A DNA stretch of 48,353 nucleotides from Nitrospirota bacterium (GCA_016180645.1 JACPAV010000009.1:62001-110353), one strand, 5' to 3'; shown: positions 28,141 through 37,788, counted from the first letter of the stretch. Program-made: numbers and translations. The notes: generated from the letters alone by a model not told the origin.

Positions 28141-28604
28141 ACATTCAACTTGGTTACGCGCATGTCCTGGCCCTCCTCCTTGTGGGGGTGGCCTTTGTCT
28201 TCGTCAACATCCTGGTGGGGCGACTCGTCCAACCGCGCAAGCTTTCCCGTGGTAAGGCCCTGGCCTACGAATGCGGAGAAATTCCCGTGGGCACGGGGTG
28301 GATCGGCTTCAATATCCGGTTCTATATTTTTGCCCTGATTTTTCTCATCTTCGACGTGGAGATGGCGGTGACATTTCCGGTCGGTGTGATCTTCCGGCAG
28401 TGGCAGGCCGACGGTCGCGGATGGCTCGTCTTCACCGAGTTGGCCGTCTTTCTCGGCATTCTCTTCGTGGGGCTCATCTATCTCTGGCGGTGCGGAGATC
28501 TGAACTGGCTGAAGTCGATCGCGCCCGGCGAAGGCCCGGCAAAGGCCAGGAAAGCCTTTGAACGGAAGTTCTTTGACGACAAAGGTTATGGCCCCACCAC
28601 CTGA
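28137..28604 (+). CDS. nuoA: NADH-quinone oxidoreductase subunit A
   Basis: YECGE, FNIRFYIFALIFLIFDVE, GLIYLWR.GDLNW; ATGA overlap with the upstream gene. Confidence 0.95.
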   Translation: MNIQLGYAHVLALLLVGVAFVFVNILVGRLVQPRKLSRGKALAYECGEIPVGTGWIGFNIRFYIFALIFLIFDVEMAVTFPVGVIFRQWQADGRGWLVFTELAVFLGILFVGLIYLWRCGDLNWLKSIAPGEGPAKARKAFERKFFDDKGYGPTT

Positions 28605-28650
28605 AGCAGGCGCGTCAGCGCCTCGTCCCGAGGCGGTTCCAGGTGGTGGG

Positions 28651-29169
28651 ATGAAGGCACCGGACATCGCTGAGCGATTGAAGGCCAAGTTTCCCGATGC
28701 CGTGCTGGAAGTGCAGACGGACGCGAAGCAGCCCTGGATCAAGATCCGTCCCCAGGATCTGGCCGAGGTCGCCCGCACTCTTCACGACAATCCGGAGTTG
28801 TCTTTCGATGCGCTGATGTGCCTGAGCGGCGTGGACTACCCGAACGAACTCGCCGGTGTGTATCACCTCTTCTCCTACAAGCATCGCCATGCCATCGTGG
28901 TCAAGACGTTCGTCCCCAAGACCGATGCTCACGTTCCAACCGTGTCCGGCCTCTGGAGGGGAGCGGATTGGTTCGAACGCGAGGCGTTTGACCTTCTCGG
29001 AATCGTATTCGACGGCCACCCCGATCTTCGCCGGCTCATGATGCCGGAGGATTGGGTCGGCCATCCTCTGCGAAAGGACTACCAGGAACCCGAGCGATAT
29101 CTGGGGATGGACACGCCCCGGAAGTATCCTACAGCGGCCCCTGCGGAGGAGCCGAAAAAGGTGGCCTGA
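28651..29169 (+). CDS. nuoC: NADH-quinone oxidoreductase subunit C
   Basis: LSGVDY, ADWFEREAFDLLGIVFDGHPDLRRLMMPEDWVGHPLRKDY. Alternative start ATG 28588. Confidence 0.95.
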   Translation: MKAPDIAERLKAKFPDAVLEVQTDAKQPWIKIRPQDLAEVARTLHDNPELSFDALMCLSGVDYPNELAGVYHLFSYKHRHAIVVKTFVPKTDAHVPTVSGLWRGADWFEREAFDLLGIVFDGHPDLRRLMMPEDWVGHPLRKDYQEPERYLGMDTPRKYPTAAPAEEPKKVA

Positions 29170-29171
29170 AG

Positions 29172-30287
29172 ATGGCGCTCCGCACTGAAGAAGTCGTCCT
29201 CAACATGGGGCCGCACCATCCGAGCACGCACGGGGTCCTCCGCTTCGTGCTCAAGGCGGACGGTGAAATCATCGAAGAAGTCATCCCCGACGTCGGTTAC
29301 CTCCATCGCTCCATCGAAAAAATCTGCGAGAAAGTGCCCTACCTCGAATTCGTGCCGTACACGGACCGGGTAGACTACATCTCCGGAATGAATTCGAACT
29401 GGGCCTACTGCCTGGCGGTCGAACGCCTCGCCGGACTGGAAATCCCGCGGCGCGCAGAACTCTTGAGAGTCATCGCCTGCGAACTCAACCGAATTTCCAG
29501 CCACCTCATCGCCGTCGGCGCCATGGGGATGGACGTGGGCGCCACCACGCCGTTCCTTCACGCCGTGCGCGATCGGGAAAGAATCAACGACCTTTTCGAA
29601 ATGCTGTGCGGCGCGAGATTGACGTACAGTTATATCTGGATCGGCGGCGTATCCCTGGACGCCCCGCAGGCCTTTCTGGACCGGACCCGGGAGTTCCTCG
29701 ACTATATCGCCCCGAAGTTCCAGGAGTTCAACCAGCTCCTCACCGGGAACAAGATCTACGTGGAGCGCCTGGCCAACGTGGGTGCAATTACGGCTGATGA
29801 CGCGATCAACTTCGGCCTGGTCGGACCCAATCTCCGGGCCTGCGGAGTGAATTTTGATCTCCGCAAAGACGAGCCGTACTCGGTCTACCCCGAGCTGGAG
29901 TTCGACGTTCCCGTGGGACGGGGCGAGGCCGGAACCGTGGGCGACTGCTTCGACCGGTACATCGTCCGCATCCGCGAGATGATCGAGAGCATCCGGATCA
30001 TCCGCCAGTGCCTCGACCGGATCGAGCCGGGCGAGTTCCGGGCCAAGACGAAAAAGAAACTGAAGCCGCCGCCGGGCGAGGTGTACGTGCGCACGGAGGC
30101 CCCGAGGGGAGAAATGGGATACTTCCTCATGAGTGACGGCACGGAAAAAGCCTACCGGTGCAAGATCCGCACCGGCTCTTTCTCGGCCATGAACGCCATC
30201 CCTTTCATCGCCAAAGGATGGATGGTGGCCGACCTCGTGGCGATCATCGCCAGCCTGGACGTAGTGGCCCCGGAGGTCGACCGCTAG
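29172..30287 (+). CDS. nuoD: NADH-quinone oxidoreductase subunit D
   Basis: LNMGPHHPSTHGVLR, GYLHRSIEK, DRVDY, EAPRGE and C-terminal EVDR. Confidence 0.97.
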   Translation: MALRTEEVVLNMGPHHPSTHGVLRFVLKADGEIIEEVIPDVGYLHRSIEKICEKVPYLEFVPYTDRVDYISGMNSNWAYCLAVERLAGLEIPRRAELLRVIACELNRISSHLIAVGAMGMDVGATTPFLHAVRDRERINDLFEMLCGARLTYSYIWIGGVSLDAPQAFLDRTREFLDYIAPKFQEFNQLLTGNKIYVERLANVGAITADDAINFGLVGPNLRACGVNFDLRKDEPYSVYPELEFDVPVGRGEAGTVGDCFDRYIVRIREMIESIRIIRQCLDRIEPGEFRAKTKKKLKPPPGEVYVRTEAPRGEMGYFLMSDGTEKAYRCKIRTGSFSAMNAIPFIAKGWMVADLVAIIASLDVVAPEVDR

Positions 30288-31438
30288 TGGTCTGGCTCGC
30301 ACCCCGCCTTGTGCTGCCTCCCATCGTGGTCGGCCTGACCGGCGGGGTACCGCACCATCCGTGGCTGGATGCCCTGACGGCACAGACCGGCGTGAGCCGC
30401 ACGCTCTGGGTGATTGCCTACCTCGGCGTTCTTGGCGCCATTGCTGTCACGCTTGTCGCCGTCGCCGGTGGGGTCCTGAGTTGGGCCGAGCGCAGGATCG
30501 CCGGACGAATGCAGGCCCGCATCGGACCGAACCGGGTCGGCCCCGCCGGCTTCCTCCAATGGCTGGCAGATGGCATCAAGCTCATCCTGAAGGAGGATTT
30601 CATTCCGCCGGCAGCGGATGGCCTCCTCTTCCGCCTCGCGCCGTACATTATTTTCTGCGCGATGTTTCTCACGGTCGCCGTTCTCCCCTTCGGCCGGTCC
30701 CTCATCATTTATGACTTGAATCTCGGCATTTTCTACCTCCTGGCCATTTCTTCCATCGTCGTCATCGGAATCGTCATGGCCGGCTGGTCCTCCAACAACA
30801 AGTGGTCCGTGTACGGGTGCTTCCGTTCCGCGGCGCAACTCGTGAGCTATGAAGTTCCCCGCGGACTCGCCGTGCTGGCCGTGGTCATCTCGGCCGGTTC
30901 GCTCAGCATGCAGTCCATCGTCACCGAGCAATCGGGAGGATGGCTTGGCGTCACGAACTGGTACATCTTTCACGACCCGTTTCTCTTTGTCAGTTTCTTC
31001 GTTTTCTACATCGCCTCACTGGCGGAAATAAACCGCACCCCCTTCGACATCCCCGAGGCGGAAACCGAGCTGGTGGCCGGTTACAACACGGAGTACAGCG
31101 GTTTCCGGTTCGCCACGTTCTTCCTTTCGGAGTGGGCCAACGTCGTTTTGACCGGCGTCGTCTCCGCCACCCTTTTCCTGGGCGGCTGGACCGCACTCCA
31201 CGCGTTCGGTAGGGACATCCTTCCGGGTCCTTTCTGGGTAATGGTGAAGGCCGGGGCCGTCGTCTTCCTCACCATCTGGCTTCGGTGGACCTTGCCCCGC
31301 CTGCGCGTGGACCAGCTCATGAGCGTCTGCTGGAAATATCTGGTGCCGATATCGTTCGTCTGCGTGATCGGCTCCGCGGCGTGGACCGCGGCCTTCGGAG
31401 GCCGGGGAGTCCTTGGCCTCTTGGGAGGGCTTCTTTGA
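30287..31438 (+). CDS. nuoH: NADH-quinone oxidoreductase subunit H
   Basis: ERRIAGRMQARIGPNRVGP, ADGIKLILKED, AQLVSYE, AEINRTPFDIPEAETELVAGYNTEYSG, LPRLRVDQ. Start uncertain; GTG overlapping the nuoD stop used. Confidence 0.95.
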   Translation: MVWLAPRLVLPPIVVGLTGGVPHHPWLDALTAQTGVSRTLWVIAYLGVLGAIAVTLVAVAGGVLSWAERRIAGRMQARIGPNRVGPAGFLQWLADGIKLILKEDFIPPAADGLLFRLAPYIIFCAMFLTVAVLPFGRSLIIYDLNLGIFYLLAISSIVVIGIVMAGWSSNNKWSVYGCFRSAAQLVSYEVPRGLAVLAVVISAGSLSMQSIVTEQSGGWLGVTNWYIFHDPFLFVSFFVFYIASLAEINRTPFDIPEAETELVAGYNTEYSGFRFATFFLSEWANVVLTGVVSATLFLGGWTALHAFGRDILPGPFWVMVKAGAVVFLTIWLRWTLPRLRVDQLMSVCWKYLVPISFVCVIGSAAWTAAFGGRGVLGLLGGLL

Positions 31439-32109
31439 TGCGTGAATATGTCCAGAACATCTACGATGCCGTGTCCTCCACCCTCAAGGGCATGGCGATC
31501 ACGTGGAGAAACTTTGTGCGGACACCCGTGACGATCGAATACCCCGACGCCGACATCAAAGGATCTTCCGCCTCCCAGTGGGCGCGCGACTATTTTTCCG
31601 AGGTTCTCGGCCGCCTGGAGAAAGACTACACTCAGTTCCTTTCACCGATGGCCGCGCGGTACCGCGGCTTCCTGACCGTCGACATCCCGAGCTGTATCTC
31701 CTGCCGGATCTGTGAAACGGCCTGTCCCATCAGTTGTATCGTCATCGACGACGTGAAAACGGAAAAGCGCGTCGTGAAGGCCATGGATGGGGAGGACACC
31801 ACCAAGCTGCGCGATCCGGTCCGGTTCGATATCGACATCGGCAAGTGCATGTTCTGCGGTTTGTGCGTGGAGCCCTGTCCCACAGGATCGATATTCTTCA
31901 CAAAGGAATTCGAACTGCCCGTCCCGGAGATCAACGGCCTCCTTTTCAAATTCGTGAGCGACCGACAGGTCCGGGAAACTCGGGAACGCGCGGCCAAAGC
32001 AGCCGCCGCGAAACCGGCTCCCAAGCCCCCGGCGCCCGTCGCGCCCCCCGCACCGGCCACCACCGCACCACCGGCGACATCCACTCCATCACCCACTCAT
32101 GCGTCGTAG
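31438..32109 (+). CDS. nuoI: NADH-quinone oxidoreductase subunit I
   Basis: VTIEYP, RYRG and two ferredoxin motifs CISCRICETACP and CMFCGLCVEPCP; TGATG coupling to nuoH. Confidence 0.93.
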   Translation: MREYVQNIYDAVSSTLKGMAITWRNFVRTPVTIEYPDADIKGSSASQWARDYFSEVLGRLEKDYTQFLSPMAARYRGFLTVDIPSCISCRICETACPISCIVIDDVKTEKRVVKAMDGEDTTKLRDPVRFDIDIGKCMFCGLCVEPCPTGSIFFTKEFELPVPEINGLLFKFVSDRQVRETRERAAKAAAAKPAPKPPAPVAPPAPATTAPPATSTPSPTHAS

Positions 32110-32794
32110 AATTCTCCAAATCCTGTTCCTCATCGCGTTCACCATCGGCGCCTTTGCCGTCAAGGTGTACGTGGAAGGGCGAATCGAGTTCAGGAAAGCC
32201 GGCGAGGCCTACGCCAAGGCCCAAAAGGTGGAAATGGGAACCACCGAGGAGCAGCGAGCCGAATGGGAGCTCGCGTGGGACGACGCGATGGATCACTACG
32301 AGCGGGCCATCAAGTGGTACGTCCCGCGCGTGGGCTACGTGCCGCGTTCTCTGGAGAAACTTTGGGAAATCGGAGAGCGAATGGAGGCGGCGGGCGAGCG
32401 GTTGTACGCCCGCAAGTCCTACGAGAAACTCCGCTCCGCTCTCTACGCCGTCCGAAGCACCTACACTCCGTATCCGGAATGGATTGAGAGATGCGATGGA
32501 AAAATTTCAACCCTCATGGCCATGGAACCGCCCTACTCAGAAGATGACAAACGCAAGAGTTTCGAACAGCGGAAAGAAGAGCACTACAAACTCCTGAAGA
32601 AAGACTATGCGCCGGACGTTTTCTGGTCGATTGTGGCGGTGAGTGGGTTCTTCGGCTGGATCGGATGCGTGTTCGGGTTCATCTGGTTCGCCATGGAGGA
32701 ATCCGGAAAGCTCCGACGTCGGCGCGCCCTCGGCTGGAGCGGAGCATTCGTCCTTTGCTACGCGCTGTGGATTGTCGGCCTGCTGAGGGCCTGA
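32099..32794 (+). CDS. Hypothetical membrane protein with helical soluble domain
   Basis: N-terminal TM, TPR-like helices and two C-terminal TMs; overlaps the nuoI end by 11 nt. Confidence 0.75.
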   Translation: MRRRILQILFLIAFTIGAFAVKVYVEGRIEFRKAGEAYAKAQKVEMGTTEEQRAEWELAWDDAMDHYERAIKWYVPRVGYVPRSLEKLWEIGERMEAAGERLYARKSYEKLRSALYAVRSTYTPYPEWIERCDGKISTLMAMEPPYSEDDKRKSFEQRKEEHYKLLKKDYAPDVFWSIVAVSGFFGWIGCVFGFIWFAMEESGKLRRRRALGWSGAFVLCYALWIVGLLRA

Positions 32795-32861
32795 TCTCCC
32801 CGGAAAGAACCTCGCGCTGAAAACGGATCCGCCTGAGACGGACTGAGAGCTGAGGGCTTTC

Positions 32862-33680
32862 CTATTTCCCCTTGGCCGGCTTCTCGCCTGCGGCCTTCCC
32901 TGCCGCCGCGGGCTTGCCCGCCGTGGCGGCCTTTCCGGCAGCCGGTGCCTTCGCCGGTGCGGCTTTCCCCGCCGCCGCCTTCTCCCCACCCTTGGCCGGC
33001 GCTTCCGCACCCGCCGTTGGAGCCGCGGCAGCCGGTGCTCCTCCCACCGCGGGCGCTCCCTCCGCGGCCACCGCCGCGACCTCTTCGGGCTTCTTGAGGG
33101 CCTCCTCTTCCTTCGGCATCAGCACGGTGACAATGGTGGGGTTCTTCCGCTCCGCCAACCTGACGCCCGCCGGAAGCGGGAGATCGGACGCATGGAGCGA
33201 GTCCCCTTTCGCCAAAGGGGTCACGTCGATCTCAATGACACCCGGTATGGCGTCCGGCCGGCATTCCACCAAAAGTTTTCGGATCGGCCATTGCATCACG
33301 CCACCGTCCGCAACCCCCACGGGCACTCCCTTCGTCTGGATCGGAATCAGCACCTCAATGGGCCGATTCTTTGGAATTTCGTAGAAATCGATGTGGACGA
33401 GGTCCCCCCAAACGGGGTCGTAGTTGATGTCCCGAATCAGCACTCGTCGCGAGGAGACCGCGCCGTTCTCGATCCGGAGCTCGATGGGATTGTGCGTGGA
33501 CACCCCTCTTTGGAGCAACATTTTCATCTCGTGGTTGGACACCGAGATCGTCGAGGGTTTCGTCTCGGGACCGTAGAGAATGGCCGGGACGAATCCCTCC
33601 CGGCGCACCTTGCGCAGGGCGCCCTTTCCGGCCTGAGCGCGGGGCTTGGCCTTTAACGCGAGGGGGACATTCGATTCCAT
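32862..33680 (-). CDS. rplY: 50S ribosomal protein L25/Ctc
   Basis: GKGALRKVRREGFVPAILYG, VHIDFY, GVPVGVADGG; Ala/Lys/Pro-rich tail; follows prs. Confidence 0.96.
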   Translation of the reverse strand: MESNVPLALKAKPRAQAGKGALRKVRREGFVPAILYGPETKPSTISVSNHEMKMLLQRGVSTHNPIELRIENGAVSSRRVLIRDINYDPVWGDLVHIDFYEIPKNRPIEVLIPIQTKGVPVGVADGGVMQWPIRKLLVECRPDAIPGVIEIDVTPLAKGDSLHASDLPLPAGVRLAERKNPTIVTVLMPKEEEALKKPEEVAAVAAEGAPAVGGAPAAAAPTAGAEAPAKGGEKAAAGKAAPAKAPAAGKAATAGKPAAAGKAAGEKPAKGK

Positions 33681-33711
33681 CGTCAGGGCGCCTTATGTAG
33701 CACGGATTGGC

Positions 33712-34653
33712 TTAGTTGTACAGGTCGCTGAGGGATTCGTTGAGGTGAATCCGCTTGATGGCCGCTCCGAGGAGCGGCGCCACGCTGAGCACCTTGATCT
33801 TCTTCGAAACGGCGCCGGATTCCCGCAGAGGGACCGAGTCCGTCACGATCAATTCCTTCAGGGGAGACTTCTCGATCCGATCCACCGCCGGGTAGGAGAG
33901 GACCGGATGGGTGGCGCACGCGTACACGGCCTTGGCTCCGTTGGTCATCATCGCCTCTGCGCCCTGGGCGAGGGTCCCGGCCGTGTCCACCATGTCATCG
34001 AGCATGATGGCCGTGCGCTCCGCCACGTCCCCGATCACGTGCATCACCTGGGCCTCGCCGGGCCTCTCGCGCCGCTTGTCCACGATCGCCAAAGGCACTT
34101 GGAGGTGTTTCGCATATACGCGAGCCCTCTGAGCGCCGCCCGCGTCGGGCGATACGATTACGAGATCCCTCGTCTCAAAACTCCGCCGGATGTAGTCGAG
34201 CAAGACGGGAGTGGCAAAAAGATTGTCGCACGGAATGTCGAAAAACCCCTGGATCTGGCCTGAATGCAGATCCAAGGCAAGCACGTGATCGATGCCGGAG
34301 GCCGTCATGAGATTCGCCACCAAACGTGCGGAGATCGGGGCGCGTGGGGCGACGATCCGGTCCTGTCGGGCATACCCGAAATACGGGAGCACCGCGGTGA
34401 TGCGTCCCGCGCTGGCCCGCTTGAGGGCATCGGCCATGACCATCAGCTCCATCAGGTTCTCATTGACGGGGGTGGAGGTGGACTGGATGATATAGACGTC
34501 CGCGCCGCGAACGCTTTCCCGGATTTCGGCCTGGACCTCGCCGTCAGGAAACCGCGTGACCTCGCTGTCCCCGAGCGGCACACTCAGGTAACGCGCGATC
34601 CGCTCGGCCAGTGCCCGGCACGAGTTTCCCGCGAAGAGAACCAGCTTTTCCAT
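33712..34653 (-). CDS. prs: Ribose-phosphate pyrophosphokinase
   Basis: FPDGE, PYFGYARQDR, DLHSGQIQGFF, VSPDAGG, DDMVDTAGT. Confidence 0.98.
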   Translation of the reverse strand: MEKLVLFAGNSCRALAERIARYLSVPLGDSEVTRFPDGEVQAEIRESVRGADVYIIQSTSTPVNENLMELMVMADALKRASAGRITAVLPYFGYARQDRIVAPRAPISARLVANLMTASGIDHVLALDLHSGQIQGFFDIPCDNLFATPVLLDYIRRSFETRDLVIVSPDAGGAQRARVYAKHLQVPLAIVDKRRERPGEAQVMHVIGDVAERTAIMLDDMVDTAGTLAQGAEAMMTNGAKAVYACATHPVLSYPAVDRIEKSPLKELIVTDSVPLRESGAVSKKIKVLSVAPLLGAAIKRIHLNESLSDLYN

Positions 34654-34666
34654 TTGGCCGCCTGCG

Positions 34667-34733
34667 ATTGTAGGCCCGATGGCAGGACAGAGTCAACCCC
34701 GCGATTGACTTTGGACCGCCATCGGGGTGTAAT
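34667..34733. promoter_or_regulatory. Back-to-back sigma70-type promoters of prs and thrC
   Basis: Minus strand: TTGACT (34696-34691), 18 nt, TACAAT (34672-34667). Plus strand: TTGACT (34705-34710), 17 nt, TGTAAT (34728-34733), 8 nt before GTG 34742. Confidence 0.65.
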
Positions 34734-34741
34734 GGCTCTTC

Positions 34742-36031
34742 GTGAATAACAAGAGCGCAAATCGCATCCTGGGATTGATTTGCCGTGAGTGCGGAAAGTC
34801 GTACGGCGAGGCGCCCGTCCACGTTTGCGAGTTCTGCCTCGGCCCGCTCGAAGTGAAGTACGACTATAACGTCATCGCCCGCACGTTCAATCGGAAGACG
34901 ATAGAACACCGCCCCCATTCGATGTGGCGGTATCAGGAGCTCCTCCCCCTCCAGGGAGACCCCCGCGTCGGCACGTTCACGGGCTTTACCCCGCTGGTGC
35001 GGGCCCGGAATCTGGGAGACCTCCTCGGCCTATCCAACCTTTACGTCAAGAATGACACCGTGTGCGCTCCCAGCCTTTCGTTCAAGGACCGGGTGGTGTC
35101 TGTGGCGCACTCGAAAGCGATCGAATTCGGGTTCAAAGTGGTCGCCTGCGCCTCCACCGGCAACTTGGCCAATTCCGTCGCCGCGAACGCGGCCGCCGCC
35201 AAGCTCGAATGCTACGTCTTCATCCCGGCCGACCTGGAACAGGGGAAGGTCCTCGGAACGGGCATCTTCGGCGCCCGCGTCATCGGCATCCTCGGCGCGT
35301 ATGACGACGTCAACAAGCTGTGCAGCGAAATAGCCGGGCGGTACGGTTGGGCCTTCGTCAACATCAACATTCGACCCTATTATGCGGAAGGATCAAAGAC
35401 GTTTGGGCTGGAAATTGCGGAGCAACTCGGATGGCGCCTGCCGGACCATGTGATCGTGCCCATGGCGGGAGGATCGCTCATCACCAAGATCGGGAAGTCT
35501 TTCAAGGAACTCGTTGAGCTCGGCCTCGTCAAAAAACAGGCCGTCCGCATTCACGGCACACAGCCTGTGGGCTGTTCCCCCATCGTCACGGCGTTCAAAG
35601 AGGGCGCCACCTTCTTCAAGCCCGTGAAGAAGCCCGATACCATCGCCAAGTCCCTTGCCATCGGGAACCCGGCGGATGGATTCTATGCCTTGAAGACCAT
35701 GCGTGAGTCCGGGGGGGGGGCCGAGAGCGCGACCGACCCTGAGATCGTACGGGCCATCCAGGATCTGGCTCAGACCGAAGGAATTTTTGGAGAGACAGCG
35801 GCCGGGGTGACCGTGGCGGGCACGCGCAAACTCATCGAAACGGGGAAAATCGGGCGGGACGATCTCGTCGTTATCTCCGTGACGGGAAACGGTCTCAAGA
35901 CTCAGGAGGCCGTCGCCCCGGCGGTGCCCAAGCCCGTCGTCATCAAACCCTCGCTCCGCGAATTTGAGGCGCTGCTCAAGGGCGAACCCTCCGCCCCGAA
36001 ACCCATGGCAGCCCATCCCGCCGCATCCTGA
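34742..36031 (+). CDS. thrC: Threonine synthase-like PLP enzyme with N-terminal zinc ribbon
   Basis: CREC/CEFC ribbon, PSLSFKDR (PLP Lys), ASTGNLA, RPYYAEGSKT, TGNGLKT; upstream of a MoaD/ThiS-family gene. Confidence 0.9.
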   Translation: MNNKSANRILGLICRECGKSYGEAPVHVCEFCLGPLEVKYDYNVIARTFNRKTIEHRPHSMWRYQELLPLQGDPRVGTFTGFTPLVRARNLGDLLGLSNLYVKNDTVCAPSLSFKDRVVSVAHSKAIEFGFKVVACASTGNLANSVAANAAAAKLECYVFIPADLEQGKVLGTGIFGARVIGILGAYDDVNKLCSEIAGRYGWAFVNINIRPYYAEGSKTFGLEIAEQLGWRLPDHVIVPMAGGSLITKIGKSFKELVELGLVKKQAVRIHGTQPVGCSPIVTAFKEGATFFKPVKKPDTIAKSLAIGNPADGFYALKTMRESGGGAESATDPEIVRAIQDLAQTEGIFGETAAGVTVAGTRKLIETGKIGRDDLVVISVTGNGLKTQEAVAPAVPKPVVIKPSLREFEALLKGEPSAPKPMAAHPAAS

Positions 36032-36046
36032 TCGTCGAGACCACTG

Positions 36047-36559
36047 ATGGCCACCGTACGCATCCCCACGCCTCTCCGAAAGCTCACCGCGGGGAAGGAA
36101 GAGGTCATCGTGCAGGGTGCAACCCTGGCTGAGATTCTTGAAGCCTTGGAAAAGGCCCATCCGGGATTGAAAGAGCGCCTGTTCGACGACACGGGGGAGG
36201 TCCGGCGTTTTATCAACATCTTCCTCAATGATGAGGATGTCCGGTTCCTCCAGAATTTGAAAACGCCGGTTAAGGACTCCGACGAGGTCTCCATTCTTCC
36301 CGCCATCGCGGGAGGCGACGACGATCGGAGGCGTTATTACCTGACCTTCCCCCCGCAGCTCGTTCAGGAGCCCGTGCTCTACCGGCTCGGCCAGAAATTC
36401 CGCGTGGTGACGAACGTTCGGTCGGCCACAGTCTCCAGTGGAATAGGAGTTGTGGCGTTGGAGTTGGAAGGCGTGGACGACGAGATCGACCGCGCCATCG
36501 AGTACCTCCAAGGGATCGGCGTCAAGGTCGATCCGATCGAACAGAGCGTCGTCGAGTAG
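36047..36559 (+). CDS. MoaD/ThiS/CysO-type sulfur carrier fused to a C-terminal NIL domain
   Basis: VRIPTPLRKLT...RRFINIFLNDEDVRFL...VSILPAIAGG (residues 1-90), then YYLTFPPQLVQEPVLYRLG.KF.VVTNVRSA...LELEG...GVKVDPIE (NIL-like). Confidence 0.88.
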   Translation: MATVRIPTPLRKLTAGKEEVIVQGATLAEILEALEKAHPGLKERLFDDTGEVRRFINIFLNDEDVRFLQNLKTPVKDSDEVSILPAIAGGDDDRRRYYLTFPPQLVQEPVLYRLGQKFRVVTNVRSATVSSGIGVVALELEGVDDEIDRAIEYLQGIGVKVDPIEQSVVE

Positions 36560-36591
36560 AATTCGCCCTTCCGCCCGGATTCCCCGCGCCC

Positions 36592-37788
36592 ATGAAACCC
36601 ACCCGAAAGAAAGCTCGAACATCCCCTGGATTCTCGCTGGGGCTTCCTCACGGAGGCACGCTCATCTCTCGAATCGTCCAGGGGAAGGAGGCCGATTCCG
36701 TCCGCCGGCATTCTGAGAAACTGCCTCTCCTCCTCCTGAACCGGCGACAGACCTCCGATCTGGAACTCATCGCCAACGGCGGGTTCAGTCCGCTGACCGG
36801 CTTCATGGGAGAGGACGACTACCAGTCGGTCCTCAAGAACATGACTCTGGCGAACGGGAGGGTCTGGAGCCTTCCGATTGTGCTGGATGTGCCGCAGGCG
36901 TTTTTCGATAAGACCAAACTAAACTCGCCCATCGCGCTGGCGGCGCCGGAGGGAGCGCGCCCGGTGGGCCTCATGGCCGTTCAGGAGAAGTTCGTCCGGA
37001 AACTTCCGGAGGAAGCTGAAACGGCCTTCGGCACGGGGGACGCTGCGCATCCCGGGGTGAAAGCGGTTCTTGATTCCAGCGAGCACGTTCTCGCCGGGCC
37101 CGTGACCCTGTTCGAGGCGCTGCCGCATGATGACTTCAGTGCCTACCGCCTCCCTCCAGCGGAAACGCGCCGGATTTTTCAGGAACGGAAGTGGAACTCC
37201 GTGGTGGGATTCCAGACACGAAACCCCGTGCATCGCGCCCATGAGTATCTCCAGAAGTGCGCCATGGAAGTGGTGGACGGATTGTTTCTTCATCCCCTCG
37301 TCGGCGAGACCAAATCGGACGACATCCCTGCGGATGTCAGGATGCGTTGTTATGAAGTGCTGCTCGAAAAATACTACCCGGCCGGCCGTGTCTTGCTCGG
37401 CGTCAATCCCTCCTACATGCGCTATGGCGGGCCACGGGAAGCGGTTTTCCATGCCCTGCTCCGGAAGAATTTCGGGTGCACGCATTTCATCGTCGGGCGC
37501 GATCACGCCGGGGTGGGAAACTACTATGGGACATTCGATGCCCAGAATCTGCTCAAGACCATCCCCGTTGAAGCACTCGGCATCCAGCCCCTCTACTTCG
37601 ACAACACCTTCTACTGCTACGAGTGCGAGAACTTCGCCTCCGAGAAGACGTGTCCCCACGACGTTTCCCACCGGCTCGCCCTGAGCGGCACGAAGGTGAG
37701 GGAGCTTCTTCGCGCGGGCCAATCCCTCCCGCGGGAATTCACGCGTCCGGAAGTGGCGAACGTTCTACGCGGGGCGTATCAGTCCTAG
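36592..37788 (+). CDS. sat: Sulfate adenylyltransferase (ATP sulfurylase)
   Basis: PHGG, GGFSPLTGFM, FQTRNPVHRAHE, MRYGGPREA, HFIVGRDHAG, LSGTKVRE. Confidence 0.97.
   Translation: MKPTRKKARTSPGFSLGLPHGGTLISRIVQGKEADSVRRHSEKLPLLLLNRRQTSDLELIANGGFSPLTGFMGEDDYQSVLKNMTLANGRVWSLPIVLDVPQAFFDKTKLNSPIALAAPEGARPVGLMAVQEKFVRKLPEEAETAFGTGDAAHPGVKAVLDSSEHVLAGPVTLFEALPHDDFSAYRLPPAETRRIFQERKWNSVVGFQTRNPVHRAHEYLQKCAMEVVDGLFLHPLVGETKSDDIPADVRMRCYEVLLEKYYPAGRVLLGVNPSYMRYGGPREAVFHALLRKNFGCTHFIVGRDHAGVGNYYGTFDAQNLLKTIPVEALGIQPLYFDNTFYCYECENFASEKTCPHDVSHRLALSGTKVRELLRAGQSLPREFTRPEVANVLRGAYQS

Noticed and set aside
32862-33090. Repetitive AAGKAA/PA-rich tail of L25
   Set aside because: Low-complexity tails are common in Ctc-type L25 proteins.
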